Virus record (IMG/VR): IMGVR_UViG_3300017991_000096
Location: 1 to 64,000 of that record
Strand: one strand, 5' to 3'
Source: a virus
DNA: 64,000 bases
Within the stretch, counting starts at the first letter, position 1. The number at the start of each line of letters is the position of its first letter. A program made the position numbers and the translations under genes. Positions 1-7,992 of the stretch are shown here, in pieces. Below the pieces are notes generated by a model. It was not told where the DNA came from and searched no databases. It saw only the letters and a program-made list of their open reading frames with translations.

Positions 1-876
1 CTCTGCTCGACGTGCGGCGGACGTATCGTTGAGGTGTTGGATACCAAGGGGCCCTTCCCTCGCACTGTCAAGAAGTGCTTTCACATCGACCCCAACGACT
101 TTTCGTTCCTGACGCCTGATCAGGTGCGGATCAAATACATCCGCCAACACTCCTTCGGTCAGGAGCTACGCGAGGCCGAGTTCGGGCAGATCAAGCAAGA
201 GCACAAGCAGAAGTCTGCGAGCTACTGGGATCCGCAGCCCGAGGAGGCGCAGCAGGAGTACGAGGACAAGCGCCGCGCCGAGAAGGACGCCGTCCTAGAG
301 TCTCGTCAGCAACTCAAGGCAGAGGAAAAGAGGGGCGAGGAGACAGGCGAGTCCGCCGCTACCCGGCCCAAGGTCAAGACGCCCAGCATCGAGGCCCAGC
401 CCCCGAAGATGATGGGTGACATCGTCCTCCCGCCTGAGCCCGAGGAGGTCATGCTCTCGACCGTCTGGATCCACCCCACGACGGGCGAGCGCGTCAACGT
501 GGACAGGCAGCGCATGATGCTGGTCCCGATGGACTGCCCCAACCCGCAGTACCTCGACCCGTTCAGCACGAGGGTCGTCATGCGTGACGCCCTGCCACGC
601 GATCACTCCCTCGACTTCAACCTGTTCCGCGAGATGCTCAAGGAGGGCTTGGTGTCGAAGGCGTGGGTCCGTCGCAGGCTGCCCATCATCGACGAGAAGG
701 AGTACGAGCAGATCGAGCGGGAGATCCAAGAGGAGAAGGTGGACACTGCTCGACCCGGAGGCTCCGAGACTGAGGACAAGGCAGAGGCGGCTCCGCGTGA
801 GTCCGAACTTGACCGTGCGATGAACGGCGCGAGCGGCCACAACTCCAAGGAACCCAAGAAGGACAAAGAGGTCTGA
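1..876 (+). CDS. Portal protein, C-terminal part (5'-truncated), with a large insertion
   Basis: Frame is open from base 1 (LCSTCGGRIVEV...). C-terminal VVMRDALPRD...EGLVSKAWVRRRLPIIDEKEYEQIEREIQEE resembles the SPP1-type portal crown. Lies upstream of scaffold and capsid genes. Confidence 0.6.
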   Translation, partial: LCSTCGGRIVEVLDTKGPFPRTVKKCFHIDPNDFSFLTPDQVRIKYIRQHSFGQELREAEFGQIKQEHKQKSASYWDPQPEEAQQEYEDKRRAEKDAVLESRQQLKAEEKRGEETGESAATRPKVKTPSIEAQPPKMMGDIVLPPEPEEVMLSTVWIHPTTGERVNVDRQRMMLVPMDCPNPQYLDPFSTRVVMRDALPRDHSLDFNLFREMLKEGLVSKAWVRRRLPIIDEKEYEQIEREIQEEKVDTARPGGSETEDKAEAAPRESELDRAMNGASGHNSKEPKKDKEV

Positions 877-878
877 CG

Positions 879-1361
879 ATGGCGGGTCCGAACCACTGGC
901 AACCCTCGCTGCTCGCGGTCCCCTCGATGGGGACGCTCGACCCCGTGGACTCCCGCGTCACCGCGCTCAAGGAGTTCAACATCAGCCGGAAGTCAACGGG
1001 CAGCATCGACGGCGCCCAGCGCCTCTACGCCTCCGAGTCCGAGGACCCCAACGTGGTCGCTCCTTTTCTGGAGCGAAACATGCAGAATGACTACCAGAAT
1101 CGGTGGGTTCAGGACCGTCACTACCTTGTCATGCAAGGTGGTGATACCCTCTACCATACTCCGACCGACACGGCGCACCGGCAGAACCCCAGTCCTGCCC
1201 CTCGATTCCTCCCCGTATTCGACCGCCCTACTGAGGACCGCTCCGACGCGAGACGGGTCCGCAACCACGAGAGGGTTCCCTTCCCCGACCGAGCCACACA
1301 GCTTGGTCACTTCCCGAAGGGCGAGATCGACAACGTCAGGAACCGAGGAGGCTGGCCGTGA
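879..1361 (+). CDS. Hypothetical head-region protein
   Basis: Tightly packed ORF with GTGA overlap to the next gene; typical codon usage. Confidence 0.7.
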   Translation: MAGPNHWQPSLLAVPSMGTLDPVDSRVTALKEFNISRKSTGSIDGAQRLYASESEDPNVVAPFLERNMQNDYQNRWVQDRHYLVMQGGDTLYHTPTDTAHRQNPSPAPRFLPVFDRPTEDRSDARRVRNHERVPFPDRATQLGHFPKGEIDNVRNRGGWP

Positions 1362-1843
1362 GCACAAGCGAAAAGGTGAAGCGACTCGTGGCGGCTGCCG
1401 GCGTCTCGGGAGTCAACAAGCCGAAGCTCACTCCGAAGCACCCGACCAAGAAAGGGATCGTGGTCGCCAAGGAGGGGGACAAGGTCAAGACCATCCGCTT
1501 CGGCGCGCAAGGCTACGGGCACAACTACTCCAAGGGCGCCCGCTCCAACTTCAAGTCCCGGCACGGCAAGAACATCAAGAAGGGGAAGATGAGTGCTGCC
1601 TACTGGGCCGACAAGAAGTTGTGGGCCGGCAAGGGCAAGAGCACAAAGGCGCCCCCGAAGGGTCAGAAGCATGTCAAGGGCAAGGGCGACAACGACGTGA
1701 CCCATGCCGGCGGTCTGTGTCACCACCCCTCGCACCGTTGCGCCCCAGGGGCCAATGGTGTGGCTGGGCTCAAGCATACCGGCGTCGCTGTGGACCTCGT
1801 GCAGAACATCTCCGGTGTTCCCATGGCTAGGGGGCGACGATGA
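1358..1843 (+). CDS. Basic protein, DUF5754-like N-domain plus His-rich C-terminal module
   Basis: KTIRFGAQGY...RSNFKSRH...KMSAAYWADKKLW is a motif I recognise from phage and viral small proteins. GAGGAGG RBS upstream. Confidence 0.75.
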   Translation: MSTSEKVKRLVAAAGVSGVNKPKLTPKHPTKKGIVVAKEGDKVKTIRFGAQGYGHNYSKGARSNFKSRHGKNIKKGKMSAAYWADKKLWAGKGKSTKAPPKGQKHVKGKGDNDVTHAGGLCHHPSHRCAPGANGVAGLKHTGVAVDLVQNISGVPMARGRR

Positions 1844-2229
1844 GTTGGCAGAGCACACCCGCACAGGTGATCTCAGGCGCAGACACACGCAAGAAGAAGC
1901 GCGCCAGCGACAAGGTCGCCACCGTGATGCAGGAGTTCAAGGCGGGCACCCTCCGCTCGGGCAAGCCCGGTCGCGGCAAGGGGCCCGAGGTGACCGATCG
2001 CAAGCAAGCCATCGCCATCGCCTTGAGCGAGGCTGGTGTCGCCGCGGACAAGCGGCAGAAGCGACGCCGCAAGAACGAGTCGAGCCATCACGGCGGCCTC
2101 GTTCACGGGCCATCACACCGACTCGACTGCGTCAACCCGGTGTGCGGCATCAAACACAGTGGCGAGCCCCGAACCATGCTCGCCCAGAACTACGCGGGTG
2201 TACCAGTGACGGAGAAGCGACATGGCTAA
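1840..2229 (+). CDS. DUF6496-like basic protein plus His-rich C-terminal module
   Basis: KVATVMQEFKAGTLRSG...VTDRKQAIAIALSEA signature. Confidence 0.8.
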   Translation: MSWQSTPAQVISGADTRKKKRASDKVATVMQEFKAGTLRSGKPGRGKGPEVTDRKQAIAIALSEAGVAADKRQKRRRKNESSHHGGLVHGPSHRLDCVNPVCGIKHSGEPRTMLAQNYAGVPVTEKRHG

Positions 2230-3193
2230 AAGCAAGATGGGTAAGAAGGGTAAGGGCGGAGGCGTCGATGGCTGGGTGACGATCAACGGCGCTCGTGTCC
2301 CCATCACCGGGGGCCAGCTTGGAGGCAAGGTTGGCAAGAAGGTCGCTCGGACCTCCAAGGGCAAGAAAACCGCCAAGTCCAAGAGCGGCGCCACCGCTTC
2401 GAGCGGCGCTAGCAAGGCCAAGAAGTCCTCGAAAAACAGCGCGGCTGCGGCTGCCAAGAAGGTCGGCAAGAAGGCTCCGGCGAAGGAGCAGTCGAAGGCA
2501 GCCGCAAAGAAGTTCCGCAAGAACGTCACGGCGCAGCGCAAGGCCGAGCAGGCGGCCGAGGTCAAGAAGCATGGCGCCAAGACTGTCGCCCGTGAGCGAA
2601 AGTCTCTCGAAAAGGGCCGGAACCCCGAGAAGGGCAGCAACAAGAAGTCCTCAGCGTCGAAGGCTACCAAGGCCCACTACGAATCTTTGGTAGCCAAGGG
2701 CATGTCGAAGGACAAGGCCCGCGCACAGGCTGCTGCGAAGTACGCCGAGCTACAAGGCGGAGGCAGGAAGTCAGGGCAAAAGGCGTTCAAGGAGTACACC
2801 ACCCGCCAGCAGTGGCACGGGAAGGCGAAGGAGAAGCGCGCCGCAGGCGATGACAGAGGAGCCGCAGCCACTTCTCGCGTTTCGGTGCGGCCCTTCATGC
2901 GGAAGGAGCGGGACAGGTGGCGCAGCAAGAAGGGCAACGAGTCCTCCCACCACGGGGCACTCGTCCACGGTCCTGCCCACCGCGTCGGCGGGTCGAACCC
3001 CATCGCTGGCATCGTTCACTCGAACGAGCCACGCACGAACCTCGTGCAAGATCTCAGCGGTAACCCCACCACCGCTGGTAGAAGAACGGGCCCAGGACCG
3101 GAGGCCCACGTCCGACCGCTGATGCCGGGTGGCGTCAGAGTGGGCGGCGGACGAACCATGGGCACCCTGGCCCGTTACGGAGGAAAGAAGTGA
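2222..3193 (+). CDS. Histone H1-like Lys/Ala-rich protein plus His-rich module
   Basis: Very K/A/S/G-rich; N-terminal GWVTINGARVPI motif; shared module near the C-terminus. Confidence 0.8.
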   Translation: MAKSKMGKKGKGGGVDGWVTINGARVPITGGQLGGKVGKKVARTSKGKKTAKSKSGATASSGASKAKKSSKNSAAAAAKKVGKKAPAKEQSKAAAKKFRKNVTAQRKAEQAAEVKKHGAKTVARERKSLEKGRNPEKGSNKKSSASKATKAHYESLVAKGMSKDKARAQAAAKYAELQGGGRKSGQKAFKEYTTRQQWHGKAKEKRAAGDDRGAAATSRVSVRPFMRKERDRWRSKKGNESSHHGALVHGPAHRVGGSNPIAGIVHSNEPRTNLVQDLSGNPTTAGRRTGPGPEAHVRPLMPGGVRVGGGRTMGTLARYGGKK

Positions 3194-3567
3194 TGAAGCA
3201 CGGCAACATGAGTCACAAGGGCACGAAGTCTGGCGACAGCAACTACATGGGATCGAAGCAAGGACACATGGGTCCTGGCTCCTACCCGCGGCGCCCTGGG
3301 TCGGGCATGAACACGGGCGCCCGCGCGACGGGTGGGACCATGCAGCATGACGGCATCGCCAACTGCCGCGACTGCATGAAAACCAAGGCTCGTGGTCGCA
3401 TGATGGGCAACAAGGCCGCGGCCTCCATCCAGTCCCTCACCAGCCGCGAGATGGGGATGGCGGAGCGTCCGTCATCTGTGGGCGGTGTCCACGGGCACAA
3501 GACCCGCCTCGGTCAACCTCACAACCCCGCCATGGCGGGCTACGGCAAGAAGAAGTCGTCCTGCTAG
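3190..3567 (+). CDS. Small basic Gly/Met-rich protein
   Basis: Overlaps the previous stop; contains CRDC and a degenerate His-module copy. Confidence 0.7.
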   Translation: MMKHGNMSHKGTKSGDSNYMGSKQGHMGPGSYPRRPGSGMNTGARATGGTMQHDGIANCRDCMKTKARGRMMGNKAAASIQSLTSREMGMAERPSSVGGVHGHKTRLGQPHNPAMAGYGKKKSSC

Positions 3568-3810
3568 ATGGCACGGGGACGCACCAGTACGACTGAGCCG
3601 TGGCTTGCGGGCACCGGCTACCAAGGTCGAACCATCCTTGCCGTCACCGGAGCGGGGCGCGGTCGCGCTACTCGTGACGTGGCGCTCAAGGGCGGTGTCA
3701 AGCGCGTCCCCGTCCCCATCCTTCAAGACCTCATCCTGGTGGAGAAGGGCTATGAGCCCAAATACAGCGGGCTGACACTCGCAGAAGTAGAGAAGCTGAG
3801 AACGGGTTGA
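3568..3810 (+). CDS. Hypothetical protein
   Basis: ATG directly follows the previous stop and the ORF fills the gap. Confidence 0.6.
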   Translation: MARGRTSTTEPWLAGTGYQGRTILAVTGAGRGRATRDVALKGGVKRVPVPILQDLILVEKGYEPKYSGLTLAEVEKLRTG

Positions 3811-3847
3811 AACTCCGTCAAGGCTCAAGCTATACAGGGAGATACGC

Positions 3848-4186
3848 ATGGTCGATACGATGCAACCTCGCGGAGCCGGCAAGAAGGTCGGACACCAGTA
3901 TCCTCCCCTCTACGTCGAGGAGGAGGAGAAGGATGGGGTAGAGATGCTCTACCCTGCCGCCAAGCGCGGCATGGGCGGTGTGACAGGAGCGAACACCGCC
4001 AAATGCCCCTACGGCAACACAGTCCTCGCCGCTGCCGTCAAGACGGACAGCGGTATGGGAGAACCCCGTGGCGAAGCTCCGGGGCTCAACCTTGCCTACG
4101 GTAACGTAGGCATGGGAGACGCCAACGACATGGTACGGGATCGAACCCCGCGCCCCACCCTCAACCGCAGAAAGCAGAAAGGCTAG
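3848..4186 (+). CDS. Hypothetical protein
   Basis: GGGAG RBS; fills the gap. Confidence 0.65.
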   Translation: MVDTMQPRGAGKKVGHQYPPLYVEEEEKDGVEMLYPAAKRGMGGVTGANTAKCPYGNTVLAAAVKTDSGMGEPRGEAPGLNLAYGNVGMGDANDMVRDRTPRPTLNRRKQKG

Positions 4187-4192
4187 AAAGCC

Positions 4193-4471
4193 ATGATGAA
4201 GTCCAGCACCGGACAGGGCGCAGCGGCCCGTCCCACCGTCGATGTCACCCGTGAGGGCAAGTACCCCAACGACAACACCTCTGGCGAGCGCAGCCAGGGT
4301 GAGGTCGCGGGGGCCGGCAGCATCTACGCCGCCGTGCTCAACGAGCGCCCGAACATCAGCAACCCGCGCAACCAGGGCCCGGTTCGAGCGCACAGCCGCG
4401 TCGGCAAGTCCACCATCCCTATCGCCATGGTGCGAACTCGTCAGGATGGCAAGGTCGCCGGCTCGATGTAG
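4193..4471 (+). CDS. Hypothetical small basic protein
   Basis: Fills the gap; typical codon usage. Confidence 0.65.
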   Translation: MMKSSTGQGAAARPTVDVTREGKYPNDNTSGERSQGEVAGAGSIYAAVLNERPNISNPRNQGPVRAHSRVGKSTIPIAMVRTRQDGKVAGSM

Positions 4472-4501
4472 CCTACCGGGCCCCAACTAGGAGACGAACC
4501 A

Positions 4502-5788
4502 GTGAACCTCAACCGACTCAACTCGATGGGTGACCTCCTCGGCCTGTTCAACCAGGCCCCCGGTCAGCCCGTACCCGCCCCACAACAGGCCCCGCAACAG
4601 ACCACGTTCGACCCGAACGACCCCGCGGTCCAGGCCGCGATGCAGCTAGCCCGACAGCAAGAGCGGGACGCTCGCATCGCGGAGATCGAACGCCTCAAGT
4701 CAGAGAACTCGGGCCTCAAGACCCAGGTCACCGACGTGAACTCGCGTCTCGGTGCTCTGGAGAAGCAAGCTCAGCAAGCCGCCGAGCAAGCCAAGGCCGC
4801 CGAGATGGCGAAGATGAAACCCGACGAGAAGGTCCAGGCCCAACTACAGGCCCTACAGGACGAACTCAAGCGGTCCCGTGAGGAGCAACAGCGCACCGTC
4901 TCGGAGGCCAACAAGCGGGTGGAGGCGTGGCAGATCGAGAGCGAGAAGAACGCCATCATCGCCAAGCACAACGGTCAGGTCGATCCTCTCGCACTCGACA
5001 CCTCCAGCATTGAGGCGCTCCGCGCTTCGGAGGGTCGGGCTGTCCAGACCTACCAGGCAACCCGACAGCACTTCTTCTCGCAGTTCCAGCAGGAGATGCA
5101 GTTCCTCCAGCAGCAGGAGGCATCTCACAACCAGCAGCAGGTTGAGCAGCTTCCGAGCTACCCACCCGGCTACGGTATGCCTACTCCCAACAATGCCGGC
5201 TCACCCGCGCCGGCACAGGCCAACGGGGCACCTCCCCAGTTCACTCACCCCCAGATCGACGGCGGCCAGTCCTACGCTGCCGTGCGGCAGATGGCTCACG
5301 GTCGCGTCGTGCAACAGGCACCCGCGCCCAACGGCCAGCCGTTCTTCCAACCGCAGTACCCCCAACAGCAGCAGCCAGGGGCAGTCCAGCAACCGCAGGG
5401 CTCCCCCACCGGGCCGGTTCAGCCGGCTCACATGCAGCCACAGCAGCAACAGCCGCAGTGGCAGGGACAGCCGCAGCAGCCCCCACAAGGGCAGCAGCAG
5501 CCGTTGGTCGCGCCGCTACCGGATCCGAACCGGCAAGCCAGCGACCCCGCCCGCAACCTCACTCAGACTGAGGTCGCAGGTGCCATCGAGCACGCCAGAG
5601 CCATCGTGGAACAGCGACGAGGTTCTGGGGGGCTCTCGACTACCTCACGGGCTGCCACGGCAGCCCTACAGGCAGATCGTAAGGCTGGGGGTCATCAACC
5701 CAACGTCAACCTCCCCACGCCCACCACCGGGTTTGGGGGTAACCTGATGAATCACCCGATGGCGGCTCCCCGACCGGGGACCGTCTAA
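4502..5788 (+). CDS. Capsid scaffolding protein (coiled coil plus Q/P-rich tail)
   Basis: Long heptad coiled coil immediately upstream of the major capsid gene; AGGAG RBS. Confidence 0.7.
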   Translation: MNLNRLNSMGDLLGLFNQAPGQPVPAPQQAPQQTTFDPNDPAVQAAMQLARQQERDARIAEIERLKSENSGLKTQVTDVNSRLGALEKQAQQAAEQAKAAEMAKMKPDEKVQAQLQALQDELKRSREEQQRTVSEANKRVEAWQIESEKNAIIAKHNGQVDPLALDTSSIEALRASEGRAVQTYQATRQHFFSQFQQEMQFLQQQEASHNQQQVEQLPSYPPGYGMPTPNNAGSPAPAQANGAPPQFTHPQIDGGQSYAAVRQMAHGRVVQQAPAPNGQPFFQPQYPQQQQPGAVQQPQGSPTGPVQPAHMQPQQQQPQWQGQPQQPPQGQQQPLVAPLPDPNRQASDPARNLTQTEVAGAIEHARAIVEQRRGSGGLSTTSRAATAALQADRKAGGHQPNVNLPTPTTGFGGNLMNHPMAAPRPGTV

Positions 5789-5798
5789 CCTCACCACC

Positions 5799-5821
5799 GG
5801 CCAAGGGGTAGCCCCCTGGCC
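5799..5821 (+). promoter_or_regulatory. Hairpin just upstream of the capsid RBS (possible mRNA stabiliser)
   Basis: GGCCA-A-GGGG tagc CCCC-TGGCC followed by AAGGAG. Confidence 0.35.
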
Positions 5822-5835
5822 CAAGGAGTTCAAAG

Positions 5836-6819
5836 ATGCCAAGCGTTCTGAACACCGCAGCGGCCCAGGGGGCCGGTTTCAACCAGCTTCTCGCGGCAAC
5901 CCGAGACGTGTTCTCGGCCGAGATCTGGTTCGCTGCACTTCCCATCCTCAAGTTCGACCAGTTCACGACCAAGCGCACCGAGCTTGGTGTGCAGCCCGGC
6001 CGCACCATCCAGATCCCGCGCTACGGCAACATCAAGCGCGGCGGTCGTCTCACCGAGGGCAAGCGCCTCAAGACGCAGGCGATGAGTCTCTCGCAGCAGA
6101 GCATCACCGTCTACGAGTACGGCAACGCCATCGCGTTCTCGGAGTACCTGCTCCAGACCAGCTTCTACGACCAGCTTGCCGCTGCGTCCATGCTGCTGGG
6201 TCGTGACATGGCCGTCGTCCTCGACACGGTGCTGCGCGACGCGATCCTCAACGCCCAGAGCGTCGTGTTCGGCGGTCAGAAAACCGCGCGCAACCTCGTC
6301 GTCGCGGCCGACACCTTCGACACCATCGTCATCAAGGATGCGGTCGAGACGCTGGAGACGAACAACACCCCGAAGTGGGCCGGCGATCACTACATCTGCT
6401 TCATGCACCCGCACCAGGCGCGGTCCCTGCGTGACGACAACGACTGGATCAACGCCTCGCTCTACAGCGGTGCGACCCAGATCTACACGGGCGAGATCGG
6501 CCGCTACGAGGACGTGCGGTTCATCTCCACCACGGTGATGCCCAACGGGGCCAACCCCGCGATCGACCCCGACACGGGTGACTACGTGGACATCGGCTTC
6601 GACCCCGACCTCGAACTCGGGGCCGGTGGCAACCAGGTCACCATCTACCAGGCGGTGTTCTTCGGGGAGTACAGCCTCGGACACGCCACCGCGCTCCCCG
6701 TCGAGCTACGCGACAACGGGGTCGAGGACTTCGGGCGCGAGCACGGGCTCGCCTGGTACTCCATCTGGGGCCAGAACATCCTCGAAGATGTCAACATCGT
6801 GGTCGCGGAGACTGCGTAA
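5836..6819 (+). CDS. Major capsid protein (N4-gp56 / Bxz1-like family)
   Basis: FSAEIWFAALPILKFDQFTTKRTELGVQPG, EYGNAI, GEIGRYEDVRF, LPVELRDNGVEDFGREHGLAWYSIWG. Confidence 0.92.
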   Translation: MPSVLNTAAAQGAGFNQLLAATRDVFSAEIWFAALPILKFDQFTTKRTELGVQPGRTIQIPRYGNIKRGGRLTEGKRLKTQAMSLSQQSITVYEYGNAIAFSEYLLQTSFYDQLAAASMLLGRDMAVVLDTVLRDAILNAQSVVFGGQKTARNLVVAADTFDTIVIKDAVETLETNNTPKWAGDHYICFMHPHQARSLRDDNDWINASLYSGATQIYTGEIGRYEDVRFISTTVMPNGANPAIDPDTGDYVDIGFDPDLELGAGGNQVTIYQAVFFGEYSLGHATALPVELRDNGVEDFGREHGLAWYSIWGQNILEDVNIVVAETA

Positions 6820-6866
6820 CCCTCAACCAACCGGCATACCAAGCAAGGTAGAAAGGAAAAGCAGTC

Positions 6867-7583
6867 ATGGCAAACGCAACCAGCAACGCCCGAGTCGATG
6901 CTGCGGCCCGTACCCTCACTGACGAGAAGGAGCAGCGCTCCCGTGCAGTGATGGAGGCCGCGGTGATGGCCGACGCCGATACCCTGGAGTGGGTTCGGGA
7001 CGCTCTCGTCAGCGAGGCGGCCTATCCCCACATGGGCCTCGATGTCTACACCCACGACGGAGGTCTGGAGAACACCACTCCCGCCGCCACCTACGCGAAC
7101 ACCGATGGTGACACGATCACCTTCCAGTTCTTCGACCCCGACGCCGCCGACGACGACCGCGTCATCGGCAGTGCCGCGGATCTCGGCCAGCCCGACCGGC
7201 TGTTCACCGAAGTCGTTCACACCCTCGCGGGCGTGACCGCTGGAGCCGCTACGCCGGCCCAGATCGCGGCGTCTCTGAACGGGGACGCGGAGTTCTCCAA
7301 GTGGGCCTACGCGGCGGCCGGCGCCATCTCGGCAAACGGCGTCGCCGTGTTCCCTCGTGGGCTTCGCGGCCAGGCGAGGGTCACGGGCGTGTCGGCTGCG
7401 GCCGGCATCGTCTACCCCGGCACCACGGTCAAGAACGCGGAGCGCACCTTCACCCGCGTGGGGCCCCTCATGGGCGGATCGGGGTGGGACGTGTCCTACG
7501 CCGCTGCGACCAAGACGGTCGTCGTCACCAACAACACGGGCGGCCCGGTCAGCCGTGTCGCCGCGGTCATCCACAACCTCTGA
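6867..7583 (+). CDS. Putative capsid decoration or minor head protein
   Basis: Directly after the MCP; A/G/T/V-rich beta-type composition. Confidence 0.5.
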   Translation: MANATSNARVDAAARTLTDEKEQRSRAVMEAAVMADADTLEWVRDALVSEAAYPHMGLDVYTHDGGLENTTPAATYANTDGDTITFQFFDPDAADDDRVIGSAADLGQPDRLFTEVVHTLAGVTAGAATPAQIAASLNGDAEFSKWAYAAAGAISANGVAVFPRGLRGQARVTGVSAAAGIVYPGTTVKNAERTFTRVGPLMGGSGWDVSYAAATKTVVVTNNTGGPVSRVAAVIHNL

Positions 7584-7603
7584 TCGTGAACCTCTCGACC
7601 GCT

Positions 7604-7623
7604 GAGGGCCCTTCGGGGCCCTC
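7604..7623 (+). terminator. cUUCGg hairpin after the capsid/decoration genes (no U-tract)
   Basis: GAGGGCCC-TTCG-GGGCCCTC perfect stem. Confidence 0.5.
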
Positions 7624-7641
7624 GGTACATGGAGTCCCTAC

Positions 7642-7992
7642 GTGTCCAAGAACCGCAACAAGAAGTCCGGCGAGTTCACCCCGAAAACCTCCACGGAAGC
7701 CGAAGCCGCCGAAGCCGAAGCCCCGCCCGCGGAGTTCTCCACCGAGCGACCGCCGGAACCCGAACCCGTCACGGCCGAGATGGTCGTACCGGAGAGGGCT
7801 CAACCGCCCACTCCACCTGCTGTCCGAGTTCGTGCTGTCGCGGACCCCGACCAGATGGTGACCATTCGCCCACTCACCACCGTCAAGCGCATCCGCATCG
7901 GGACCAAGTGGTACTCCTTCCTCAAGGGGAAGGCGTGCATGGTTCCGGCCAACGCGGTCCCGCACTTGCGGCGTAAGAGCATCATCGGATGA
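7642..7992 (+). CDS. Conserved post-capsid small protein (Bxz1-like)
   Basis: C-terminal VTIRP...IGTKWYSFLKGKACMVPANAVPHLRRKSII resembles the small gene after the MCP in Bxz1-like myoviruses; GGAG RBS. Confidence 0.6.
   Translation: MSKNRNKKSGEFTPKTSTEAEAAEAEAPPAEFSTERPPEPEPVTAEMVVPERAQPPTPPAVRVRAVADPDQMVTIRPLTTVKRIRIGTKWYSFLKGKACMVPANAVPHLRRKSIIG

Noticed and set aside
3807-3836. Promoter TTGAAA-N18-TATACA
   Set aside because: The -10 lacks the conserved final T and the spacing is suboptimal; too weak to call.
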